A DNA stretch of 64,000 bases from Polyangia bacterium (GTDB lineage: Bacteria > Myxococcota_A > Polyangia > JAAYKL01): contig JBNKCR010000098.1 of NCBI GenBank assembly GCA_050287845.1, positions 192,001 through 256,000 on the forward strand, given 5' to 3'. The first letter of the stretch is position 1, and the number at the start of each line of letters is the position of its first letter. Shown here piece by piece: positions 29,858-38,948 of this stretch. Below the pieces are notes generated by a model. The model was not told where the DNA came from and did not search any database. It saw nothing but the letters and a program-made list of their open reading frames with translations. A program made the position numbers and the translations under genes.

Positions 29858-30862
29858 ATGAAAAAAAACACAGTGATTTGGGCCAAGTGGGCGCTGCTCT
29901 GTTGCGTTATTCTAGGCGGGAACGCAGTGGTCGCTCAGGAAAGCGAAGCAGAGACGGGTGGGCAGAGCGCGGAGGAACTCGCAATGGCGGAGTTTCAGGC
30001 GGGCATTGCGCTTTTTGAATCGGGGCAGTATGTGGAGGCGGCCAATCGTTTCAGAACGGCGATGAAGCACAAATCATCGTGGAAAATGTATTACAATATC
30101 GGGCAATCCGAAGCCGCTGCGCAACGTTACGGCCTGGCACTGGAAGCCTTTGAAACATATCTGGTGGCGGGCGGGGACGATGTCGCTGTGGCCAAAAAGG
30201 ATGAAGTGCTCAAAGAGATTGAACGCCTCCGTCTGCTGGTGGGCGTCATTGATTTCAGGGCGGAAGAGGGGGCGTCACTTGTGATTGACGGATATATTCG
30301 CGGCACTGCTCCTCTGGAGGGCGTGGTGCGCGTGGCCGCCGGACCGCATCAGGTGCAGGTAACCATGAATGAAGAGGTCATTTACGACAAGGGGATTAAA
30401 TTTGCTGGCGGGATGACCACGGTTATCGATGCGACGCCGACGGCTCCCGCTCCTGAGACAACGGACGCCGATACCGAAGACGCCGGCATCGCCGATGAGG
30501 GTGTCATGACAGCCGATACGCGAAACGCCGGAAAAATGCCGCGAAAGCTGTTGGCCGGGATTATTACCGGTGGTGCGGGTATAGTGTTTGCCGGTGTGGG
30601 GGTTGCCTTTTTAATCAAGGGAGCCAAAGACGACGAGGAAGCCAGTGGTTGGAATCCGGCGATTCAACCCCAGAAAAATAAAATCAAAGATTATAATGAC
30701 AACACCCTGCCATTGAACCGGGCAATGACCATCACTGGATTGGCGGTCGGTGGGGCGGCCATGGCAGCGGGGGCGGTGCTTATTGTGCTCGGACTGAAGG
30801 ATAAAAAAGCCGGAAAAGCCCGGGTGCTCCCCACCATGGGAGGAATGACCGTAACATTCTGA
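29858..30862 (+). CDS. TPR + PEGA domain protein
   Basis: Signal peptide, FQAGIALFESGQYVEAANRF/YYNIGQSE TPRs, PEGA-like GASLVIDG..GTAPL..GPHQVQV, C-terminal hydrophobic helices. Confidence 0.82.
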   Translation: MKKNTVIWAKWALLCCVILGGNAVVAQESEAETGGQSAEELAMAEFQAGIALFESGQYVEAANRFRTAMKHKSSWKMYYNIGQSEAAAQRYGLALEAFETYLVAGGDDVAVAKKDEVLKEIERLRLLVGVIDFRAEEGASLVIDGYIRGTAPLEGVVRVAAGPHQVQVTMNEEVIYDKGIKFAGGMTTVIDATPTAPAPETTDADTEDAGIADEGVMTADTRNAGKMPRKLLAGIITGGAGIVFAGVGVAFLIKGAKDDEEASGWNPAIQPQKNKIKDYNDNTLPLNRAMTITGLAVGGAAMAAGAVLIVLGLKDKKAGKARVLPTMGGMTVTF

Positions 30863-30888
30863 CGGCCATCCCTACCTCCATTCAGTCG

Positions 30889-32184
30889 TCAGTACACGTT
30901 CTGCAGTGTTTCTTCCAGAATTTGACGAATGTTCACCTGCGCTTTCAGTTTTCGCAGATTGCCGTAGCATCCCAGATTCACCCGTTGCAACAGGATGAGC
31001 TTATGGGGAATGGTGAGACTCTTGCGGTATTTACTGATTCCAGGCATGTACCCCAGAGCTTTGCGATGGACGTCCGATTTGGCCACGTCAAATGGGTGAG
31101 AGGGATTGAGCGGTTCTTCGAGCAGTTCAAAAATCAGCTTGAAAAAGTTATCGTCCAGGGGTCTTCCATTGGTCCTCACTGCGCCAATCCCCTCCAGTCC
31201 CCGGGTGACGAACTGCGGATCGGAATTCAGAAATCCCTTGAGCAGGGCAGATATTGAGCTGCGCTCCATTTCATCGAAAGTTTTGACGCAGCCAAAATCG
31301 TAGAGAATAATTTTGCCGTCGTCGGTGAATGCATAGTTCGATGGGTTGGGATCCCCATGCAGCATCGCCGCAAAAAAAATTTGTTCATACAAGATTCGAA
31401 GCAGTCTCTCACCAATCAGATTTCTTATATCGTCCGGGTATTGAGTCGCCTGCTCCAGCGTATCGCCCGCTGCCATGGTCGTCGTCAGCACCCGTTTGCC
31501 AGACAGTTCCGGGATGACCCGGGGAATCACGATATAGGGGTGGCGGCTCTGGTGAAAATTGCCGAGATATTGCTGGTTGATTGCTTCCCGGGTGTAGTCC
31601 AGTTCTTTGTCGAGACTTTCTCTGAACTCCTCTGCCACTTTCGAAAGGGCAATGTTCTGACCACTGGCGATGCCCATGGTTTTCAGCACCATGCGCAATG
31701 AGGAGACATCGGCATCCACAAAATCGGAGATGTCAGGATATTGAACTTTCACAGCCACTGTCTGGCTGTCCAATGTGATTGCTCGGTGGACCTGGCCAAC
31801 CGAGGCTGCGGCAAACGGTTCCGGATCGAAAACGGAAAACAGACGGTCCAGTGGCGCGTCGAACTCGGATTCGATTTGCCTTTGAACCACGTCAAACGGT
31901 TCCGGCGCTGCATTCTTGCGCAACATGGCAAGAGGACTGGTCAGTGCCGTTGGCAGAAAACCTGATTGAATCGATGCCATCTGACCAAATTTCATTACCG
32001 GCCCCTTGAGGTCCGCCAGTGTTCTGGCAATGCGTTCACCTGATTTTCGGTAACTTTCCTGCAGATGCTGTTCTTTCTGTTCCTGCTTTTTCAATGCGCC
32101 CGAGAGTTTTGTTCCCAGATGCCGTCCGGCAATACCCGTGGTCAAAACACCAATTTTTACAAGTCGAGAAAACTTACCAGTCAT
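30889..32184 (-). CDS. ABC1/AarF/UbiB atypical kinase
   Basis: KGPVMKFGQ, FAAASVGQVHRA, VAVKVQYP, ELDYTREA, HGDPNPSN, LYDFGC. Confidence 0.93.
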   Translation of the reverse strand: MTGKFSRLVKIGVLTTGIAGRHLGTKLSGALKKQEQKEQHLQESYRKSGERIARTLADLKGPVMKFGQMASIQSGFLPTALTSPLAMLRKNAAPEPFDVVQRQIESEFDAPLDRLFSVFDPEPFAAASVGQVHRAITLDSQTVAVKVQYPDISDFVDADVSSLRMVLKTMGIASGQNIALSKVAEEFRESLDKELDYTREAINQQYLGNFHQSRHPYIVIPRVIPELSGKRVLTTTMAAGDTLEQATQYPDDIRNLIGERLLRILYEQIFFAAMLHGDPNPSNYAFTDDGKIILYDFGCVKTFDEMERSSISALLKGFLNSDPQFVTRGLEGIGAVRTNGRPLDDNFFKLIFELLEEPLNPSHPFDVAKSDVHRKALGYMPGISKYRKSLTIPHKLILLQRVNLGCYGNLRKLKAQVNIRQILEETLQNVY

Positions 32185-32372
32185 GATAGCAGTGTATACG
32201 CTAATGTTGTAAAAAGCCAATGACTGAAACCGCTGTCGTTCGCACAATGGCACACCATCTGCTTCTGTGCACAGCTGGCACACCCTTGCGCGTTTCAATT
32301 CGTCATTTTTTGCAACGTTCGCGTTTACCTTTTGTGTCGGGAAATGGAAGTGTGCGTATCAGATTTCGATGG

Positions 32373-33827
32373 TTATTGCCATCTTTCCAGGCGAAGCCGG
32401 GGTCCCTGTATTCTGGGCAGGTCCCGATTGTCTTTGGCATTGAAATATATGTGTGTTTCCCCTTCCCGGGTGCCGAATTCAATGGCATGAAACGATTCTC
32501 CACGGTCAGTGACCAGAATTGCCAGTCCCTGATTTTTGTCGGGGTCGCTGTTTATCCATTCGTTTACCAGCGCCGTGACATCCAGTTCAATCGTATCGCC
32601 AAACTCAAGATAGTCGGTGGCTTCAATGGGATAGCTGGCGTATTCGTATTGTGAAATATCTGGCCTGGCAGCGTTTATTTCTGTGCCTCCTTCCCATGTG
32701 ACCCCCATTGCTCCGTCTACAAATACACAGCCATCAGGCCAATTGCCGGTTTCCGAACCATTGCCTTCCTCCCAGGGGGTCCGGTTGGCATCTGATGGAA
32801 CAATTCGGAATACGCCCAGTGTCATTGCAGTAACCGGGGCGTGACGTTCCAAATAATTTACAGTCAGCTCCAGACTCGCGTTATCAACGGGCCGACTGTT
32901 TTCAGGAATTTCAAACCGAATGAACGCCTCTGTCGCCCCTGCAGCACCCAGATCGTCTCTTCCTCTGGCCACGGTCATTTTTCGATCGCATCCATAATTA
33001 TCGTCCATGCGAGAGTTCAAGTCGGCGCGGATATGAGTATCAGAAACCGCCAATAGTGTCTCTGATATCAATTCTGATTCTGTATCCGCCGAGGTTGACC
33101 CGGGGTCAGAATCAGTAGTTGTTTCCGAATCTGATGCGGTGCCTGGATCAACATCAGTGTCTTGCCACCCGTCGGTACTGAAATCTGTTGGATTATCGAT
33201 GTCGGTTATTGTACCTGTGCCGGTATCGGTGTCGGTATCCGCATCGGAGACTGAATTCGAATCGGTCACTGTGGCGCTGTCAGGAATACTGTCCGTTTCA
33301 GAATTACCGTTTTCGCCGGTCTCCACAAATCCATTTGTGTCTGCTGTGTCATTTTCCGAATCCGAATAAGCGGGATTGTCTTTACCCGCATCTGATGGGG
33401 GGGGCTCGCTTTCGTCGGTCGGAACGGAGAATAACATGGTGTCGCTCTCATCCGGATCGCCGGAGTCAGACTCGGTGGCAGAAATCTGTGTTGCAGTATC
33501 CCCGGCAGTGGACGGGGGAGATTCTCCGCCGGTGTCCGCTTGTGTGTCCACCGGAGCATCGGTACTTTTTTCAGAATCAACAATACCTGTATTGTCGACT
33601 GCTGTTGGGGTGAACGACTCATTTTCAACTTGTGACTCGGTTTCGGTCGTTTGTTCCGTGAGACCGTTTCGGCTCACGCAAATTCCATTGTGACATATCT
33701 CAGATGAATGGATGCAATCCGATTGTTCCACACAATCTGCCGCGTGCTCAATTGCAGTGCACGAAGAAGTGAAAATATAAAAGAGAACTGATAATATGGT
33801 TGCTGTGGTTCGTGAAATTGAATTCAT
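32373..33827 (-). CDS. Lipoprotein with Cys-rich N-terminus, D/T/S-rich linker and C-terminal DNRLRE-like domain
   Basis: Lipobox-like FTSSC; C..SDC...EICHNGIC; acidic low-complexity linker; VSDTHIR..DDNYG...AFIRFEI..ASLEL...LDVTALVNEW..NQGL...GPRLRL. Confidence 0.72.
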   Translation of the reverse strand: MNSISRTTATILSVLFYIFTSSCTAIEHAADCVEQSDCIHSSEICHNGICVSRNGLTEQTTETESQVENESFTPTAVDNTGIVDSEKSTDAPVDTQADTGGESPPSTAGDTATQISATESDSGDPDESDTMLFSVPTDESEPPPSDAGKDNPAYSDSENDTADTNGFVETGENGNSETDSIPDSATVTDSNSVSDADTDTDTGTGTITDIDNPTDFSTDGWQDTDVDPGTASDSETTTDSDPGSTSADTESELISETLLAVSDTHIRADLNSRMDDNYGCDRKMTVARGRDDLGAAGATEAFIRFEIPENSRPVDNASLELTVNYLERHAPVTAMTLGVFRIVPSDANRTPWEEGNGSETGNWPDGCVFVDGAMGVTWEGGTEINAARPDISQYEYASYPIEATDYLEFGDTIELDVTALVNEWINSDPDKNQGLAILVTDRGESFHAIEFGTREGETHIYFNAKDNRDLPRIQGPRLRLERWQ

Positions 33828-33842
33828 CTTCGATTTTACCTT

Positions 33843-35501
33843 TCAATTCAACCGAAAATACAAAGCTGTTTCCACCGATGCGGAAAGACGCCATATGTTG
33901 CTGGACTCCGCACCTACTCCGCAACTATAGGAACCGCCCACGTCAGCGATAATTGCCATATGAACGAGACGACTGATATTGAATAACAGATTTGTTTCAA
34001 TCAAAGGCCGATAACGGCCGCAGGAGCGCCGCTGACCGTCGTCGTATAACTGAATCATATATGCGCCACTGAACGCCGCGCCAACCCCCAGACGGGAACG
34101 GGGTAAAATAAAAGCGTATCCCGCACCGACCCGCGCACCAGTCTCATGCACCTGGTGACGCCACGCAGGATATTCCCGGCTATCGTACCCGTATTGAAAC
34201 TGGGTGGAGACAAACAGGTGTCCAATGTCAAATCGCAGTGGAAAAAACACGTTATTCCGCGCAAACAGAATTCGTGAGTTCGCTATTCCGTAACTGTATC
34301 CGATGCCGGTGAGGAGAGACAATCCGGCCTTGACACGCATGGCAGTAAAATTCAGGTCTGCCCCGGCGCCTTTTTCCATCAATGATTCATAATGTTCTCC
34401 TGGCGCGGGCAACGGCGCAATATCGTATATTGTGCGAAGAACAAGTTTTTCACCAGCTTTCAATGTCACCGTACTGGTAGCTACCTGGTTGTCACGGTTG
34501 GTAAAAATAAGCCTGGCAATTCCAGGATATACAGGCAGCGTCTTTTTTTTGCCTGTTTTTTTTTCAAATATCTGGGTGTAGTTTCCTGTTTTATACGCCA
34601 GCGCAAATTTCCCGGAGAGGCCCTTAGACAATTCCAGGCTGGCCGAGCGTCTGCTGAGAAAGCTGAAATAGATGGGCGCGTTGGAGCGTAAGTTTGAAAT
34701 GTACTGCTCGGGAACCTGATTTTTTTTTCTGCGTGCAGTATATTCAACGGTGTGGGAACGGGCGTACTGCCAGATGTTTTCAAGAGTAATGCCTGGTCCA
34801 CTGACTTCTGCCTGCTCCAGTGCTTTAATAAAGAAATGGGTAAATACGCCACCCAGACGTTCATCTTCAAAGCTTTCCTGGTTGCTGCCACTGGATACAT
34901 ACCATATTCGTCCCTCTGCGGAGAGCACTTCCTCGGGGAGTTCGTTGAACAGGTTCAGTCCTGGGGCAGGGCGAATTCCTTTTGCGTGCAGCGTTGTCTC
35001 GTCCAAGCTCCCAGAGTAGCACGAGTCGAAGACACCAATCGAGAAATCCGCATTCATTTCAGAAAAAATTTTACCGATTTCATCCCCGGAAAACGGGCCA
35101 TCTCTTAAAAGCAATTTTCCCTCTAAACCATGTCCGGTGAAATAGAATAAAAACAGCGTATCCACCTTCCCCAGCAATTTAAGATCCGCTTCCCGCCGTC
35201 GTCTGAGTGACTGGATGGCCGATAGAACATCCGTGCGTGTTGCACCGGTCAGCACGCGGGTTCGGGATTCCGACGAATCAAACTGGGAGAATTCAACCAG
35301 TTTGTCCCGCAGCGTCCTCGCCTCTTTCTCCGCGTGTTGGAGAGGGGTGAAGGGCTGGGTCCCGTCGTCGTCAACGCCATCGTTGTTTCCAACGATAAGT
35401 GCATACCGAATGGTAATTGCAGTAGAAGGCGCGGCAAAAAGCAATATCGAAAACACGCCGAGAACAACTTGAACTGTCATACGAATAGGCATACCGTGCA
35501 T
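33843..35501 (-). CDS. Exported caspase-family (C14) peptidase with predicted C-terminal beta-barrel
   Basis: Signal peptide ending PSTA; RYALIVGNN, FYFTGHG (His), VFDSCYSG (Cys), GGVFTHFFIKAL; amphipathic strands ending ALYFRLN. Confidence 0.88.
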   Translation of the reverse strand: MHGMPIRMTVQVVLGVFSILLFAAPSTAITIRYALIVGNNDGVDDDGTQPFTPLQHAEKEARTLRDKLVEFSQFDSSESRTRVLTGATRTDVLSAIQSLRRRREADLKLLGKVDTLFLFYFTGHGLEGKLLLRDGPFSGDEIGKIFSEMNADFSIGVFDSCYSGSLDETTLHAKGIRPAPGLNLFNELPEEVLSAEGRIWYVSSGSNQESFEDERLGGVFTHFFIKALEQAEVSGPGITLENIWQYARSHTVEYTARRKKNQVPEQYISNLRSNAPIYFSFLSRRSASLELSKGLSGKFALAYKTGNYTQIFEKKTGKKKTLPVYPGIARLIFTNRDNQVATSTVTLKAGEKLVLRTIYDIAPLPAPGEHYESLMEKGAGADLNFTAMRVKAGLSLLTGIGYSYGIANSRILFARNNVFFPLRFDIGHLFVSTQFQYGYDSREYPAWRHQVHETGARVGAGYAFILPRSRLGVGAAFSGAYMIQLYDDGQRRSCGRYRPLIETNLLFNISRLVHMAIIADVGGSYSCGVGAESSNIWRLSASVETALYFRLN

Positions 35502-35503
35502 TT

Positions 35504-36898
35504 CTATCGCTTCATCGGCAGAATCAACACCGTTCTGGCCTCAGGTACATCAAGCAACAGACCGCATTCTGAATCTGTATGCTGAACTGCTGAATTGAAA
35601 ATCGCATCTTTTACATCTTGACTTATTAGTGGTTTATCTGAGAACACGGCAACTATCCATTCGCAACCAACGCCGTCTCCAACCACAGCACCGTCTACTA
35701 TGGGTATCTGTTCTCCTGCGGCAATGGGTGCGCTTGATGTCTCATTCACCGGATATAGCAGTGTTGCAACAGCATTGTCGTCCAGACTGACGATAGTCAG
35801 GTACCCTGGAGCATCTGCAGTGTAGAAGAATCCCAATCGATCGTTTGTCATCAATTCATCAAGCGGACGGGCTGTAAATCGGGTTTGTCCCCGTTCAATT
35901 GCCATAAAAAACTGATCTGCGTGTTTTCCATAGTGTCCTTTGGGTGAGAGCGCTTCCGAAGACGGAACAGACTCCTCCGGTGTAGTCCGGAAAAGAAAAA
36001 TGGACCCCAGCATCACCAGCAGACCTGCTGCGGTGGCAATCCATTTCCAGTTGCCAGCTCCGGGGGGGCGGGACATCCGGACAGGTTCTTCCTCCGCCAA
36101 TAATGTCTGAGTCTGAAGATCAAAGTCGTGAAGGTACAGCAACATCCTTCGACACAACGAACAGCTCAGCAAATGGGATTCTGAGCGTTTGAGAGAAATG
36201 TCGTCCGTTGCATCGAGATGAAATCCACAATCATCCTGCAGGCGAACATGCCCGTTATCAAGAAGGCTTCGAACCGTATCTGAACTGACAGCACTGCTAT
36301 CAATAGGATTGAAGGACATGGACGGATGGTTCCCGGTAGCACTGGATTGCAGTTGATTCAGAACACATTGCTTCAGTTGCTTCTGTCCCTGTTTCAGCAA
36401 CCTCCCAATATACGATTTTGAACCACCGACAATCTCTCCTATCTGTTCATTGGAAATTTTTCTGCTGAACTTCAACCACAATGATGCCTGGGTTTTCGGC
36501 GTCAACTTTTTCATGCACCGGTGCAATAATGGTTTCAGGCGATTTAACTCCGCAGCGGATTCGGGGTCAATCCCTTTATCCTCGTGATTTTCTGTCTCTA
36601 TTTGTGTCGACTTTTCCTGTCGATTTTTATATCGGATTGAGCGCCGCACTGCTGTTTGTCTTAAAAATGAGTAAACTGCTTTTGATGAAGCAATTGTTTT
36701 CGCCCGATTTTCTATGAAATCCAGAAGGATTTCCACGGTCATATCGTGTGCATCAGGGCGCTCGCCAAGAATATAGGCGCAAATCGGATAAATTTTATCA
36801 TAGTACGTATACCAGAATTCACCGATAGCATTTTTATCTCGATTCACAAGACCCCAGACGATGTCGTCGCTGTTCAATTGTAACTTTCTATTCAACAT
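35504..36898 (-). CDS. ECF sigma factor fused to ZAS anti-sigma, TM helix and DUF4384-like domain
   Basis: Sigma2 (FWYTYYDKIYPICAYILGERPDAHDMTVEIL), sigma4 (LTPKTQASLWLKF..ISNEQIGEIVGGSKSYIGRLL), HLLSCSLC, TM WIATAAGLLVMLGSIFLF, DRLGFFYT..PGYLTIVSLD..LLYP...EWIVAVFSDKPL. Confidence 0.82.
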   Translation of the reverse strand: MLNRKLQLNSDDIVWGLVNRDKNAIGEFWYTYYDKIYPICAYILGERPDAHDMTVEILLDFIENRAKTIASSKAVYSFLRQTAVRRSIRYKNRQEKSTQIETENHEDKGIDPESAAELNRLKPLLHRCMKKLTPKTQASLWLKFSRKISNEQIGEIVGGSKSYIGRLLKQGQKQLKQCVLNQLQSSATGNHPSMSFNPIDSSAVSSDTVRSLLDNGHVRLQDDCGFHLDATDDISLKRSESHLLSCSLCRRMLLYLHDFDLQTQTLLAEEEPVRMSRPPGAGNWKWIATAAGLLVMLGSIFLFRTTPEESVPSSEALSPKGHYGKHADQFFMAIERGQTRFTARPLDELMTNDRLGFFYTADAPGYLTIVSLDDNAVATLLYPVNETSSAPIAAGEQIPIVDGAVVGDGVGCEWIVAVFSDKPLISQDVKDAIFNSAVQHTDSECGLLLDVPEARTVLILPMKR

Positions 36899-37171
36899 GG
36901 ACGATTCTCCCCGTCACACTGAGCGATTCAGTTCGTCACAAAATTTCTTATGGCGTGCACAGTACAATTTATTCCATTGCATTTCAAGTCGCTTCAAACT
37001 GTTATTGCCAACAAATCGTGCAAGTGCGCGGGGACATTGCTTATATTTTTTTGTACCGGATTATTAAAAAAAATGATCTGTGATAAATTGAAAGAAAGGA
37101 GATTTTTTTGTCTACTTTTTGGGCGTTCGGGGTCTTAATAAGATTTGGTAGTGTGAGATCAGCGCAAACTT

Positions 37172-37864
37172 CTATTTGTAAATATGTCTCATGTCGGGTT
37201 TTTCTGTGGCAAAATAGTGCACCCAGATATAAATGTGATTGAATAACGCCGCTGCCAGCGCTGCAGACGAAGCAAACCAGAGTCCCGGCACCCAAAAAAT
37301 CAGAAAACCGTAGATGTACATTCCATTGCGAGTAAAGCGAAAAATACCTCTCTTTTCAAAAGATCTTGTGCGATAGGCTTCATCGAAATGGTCTGCGCCG
37401 AACGCACGCGTTGCTGTGAAGTAACGCTTCACCGAATAAAAAAGATATAGCGCTGGCAACAGCACAAGTACTGCAGCAGTCTTCAAAAATGTAGTATTAT
37501 GGTTAAATGTACCCGTATTTGAAATGGCAAGCATAAGGACCACTCCAACTCTTGCAACTCCGATAAAAGAAAATAATATGCTGTAAATTTTAAAACTACG
37601 CTGACCCAGTATTCGGGAAAGTAGTTGCCAATGCAATTCCCAACGCCAGCAGACCCACACATACACCTGATGAATGATTGGGATAAGGAGTGAAAGAAAA
37701 AACCAGGTCCGGCTATTGATTCTCCACAATTCGCCGTGGACAAAATCAGGAGACTGCGAAATGAAATGCGCAGCGCCAAGCAATACAACCAGCGCGCCGA
37801 TATGTAACAGCTGACCTTCAAAAAATAAACTGCCACCTGTTTTCAGATAATGTTTTTGGGTCAT
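37172..37864 (-). CDS. PEMT/ICMT-like membrane methyltransferase
   Basis: Multi-TM; RAFGADHF, KRGIFRFTRNGMY, HYFATEKPDM. Start ATG 37864. Confidence 0.75.
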   Translation of the reverse strand: MTQKHYLKTGGSLFFEGQLLHIGALVVLLGAAHFISQSPDFVHGELWRINSRTWFFLSLLIPIIHQVYVWVCWRWELHWQLLSRILGQRSFKIYSILFSFIGVARVGVVLMLAISNTGTFNHNTTFLKTAAVLVLLPALYLFYSVKRYFTATRAFGADHFDEAYRTRSFEKRGIFRFTRNGMYIYGFLIFWVPGLWFASSAALAAALFNHIYIWVHYFATEKPDMRHIYK

Positions 37865-37925
37865 TTTTTGCTTTCCTTTCAGCACCTGCACTGCAGAGAA
37901 TATATGAAGAAAGAAGCGCGGGCAC

Positions 37926-37957
37926 AAAAAAAGGTGGGCCCAGTACTGAGCCCACCT
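37926..37957 (-). terminator. Intrinsic terminator of the SRPBCC gene
   Basis: Minus strand AGGTGGGC-TCAGTACTGG-GCCCACCT followed by a T-run, about 35 nt after stop 37993. Confidence 0.8.
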
Positions 37958-37992
37958 GATGCAGGGAGATGCAAAATTGAACAGCGAGAGAG

Positions 37993-38643
37993 CTATTTTC
38001 TTGCTGTTCGGGTAAAATATTTTTTACCGGATGCCGTTGCCAACCATTTTTTGATGTCGTGGGGTGCGCCAATCAGGTTGCGTTCAACAGCTCTATTTGT
38101 GCTTTCGCTTAAAAGATTTATCACGCCCATCGGTACTTTGGCCGAAACCACATACGCGACCAATGTGCGATTACCCGGCTGAGCAAACAGTTTCCAATAT
38201 CCACGGGCCATGTCAATATCATGGGGTTTGTCCTCGAGTAGCGAAAAAGACATCGTATGATTGACCTCATCCAGATTCACTTCGAGGTAGTATTCCAAGT
38301 TTATCATCTTGTACCCCATCTGATAACGAATCATCGATATGTTGCCTTTACGCGCTACCTGTCGTACATCTGCTGTGGCGTCAAATACTCTGTGGTACGA
38401 TTCAAAGTCCTGTATTGCCTGCCAGACCACATCAACCGGGGCATCTATTAATGTATACCCTGATCCGCCGTAAAACCCCTTTTGGCCCGAACTGGCAAGC
38501 GGCTTTCGAATGGTTTGTCCAGCTTTCAATTTCTCCTTTTCATCCGGGCTGAAATTCACAGCGGCGGCGTTCAGACTGGCGAACATGAAGATTGAAAGCG
38601 CGACTGACGTAAAGAAATATCTTCTAAAATTATATGTTTTCAT
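37993..38643 (-). CDS. Exported SRPBCC/START (polyketide cyclase-like) protein
   Basis: Signal peptide; LIDAPVDVVWQAIQDFESY...GYWKLFAQPGNRTLVAY. Confidence 0.8.
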   Translation of the reverse strand: MKTYNFRRYFFTSVALSIFMFASLNAAAVNFSPDEKEKLKAGQTIRKPLASSGQKGFYGGSGYTLIDAPVDVVWQAIQDFESYHRVFDATADVRQVARKGNISMIRYQMGYKMINLEYYLEVNLDEVNHTMSFSLLEDKPHDIDMARGYWKLFAQPGNRTLVAYVVSAKVPMGVINLLSESTNRAVERNLIGAPHDIKKWLATASGKKYFTRTARK

Positions 38644-38771
38644 GAATATAGCTCCCTTTTTATCAATTAACTTGCATCCCTTGTGTGAATAGACTTTCTG
38701 CGAGCGAAAAAATTCCAGTAAAACCAGGTATCTCCGATGAGATCGGCCTGACTTTACCCTTAATGAATATC

Positions 38772-38787
38772 AGCAATAACCGTTCCA
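38772..38787 (-). promoter_or_regulatory. sigma54 (-24/-12) promoter upstream of the SRPBCC gene
   Basis: TGGAACG-GTTA-TTGCT, one mismatch to TGGCACG-N4-TTGCW, GG-N10-GC spacing. Confidence 0.6.
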
Positions 38788-38948
38788 AAATATAGGTAGG
38801 TGCCTGCTTTATGATAGTTGCAAAAAAAAACCAATTATTTTAGCGTGTTACCTTTCGGTTGCTTTGCATTTTGTTGCCATTTCAGTGGTAACCGGATAAT
38901 AATCGAGAAAATTATACACACATTTTCTGCATAACAAGTGGGTTAAAC

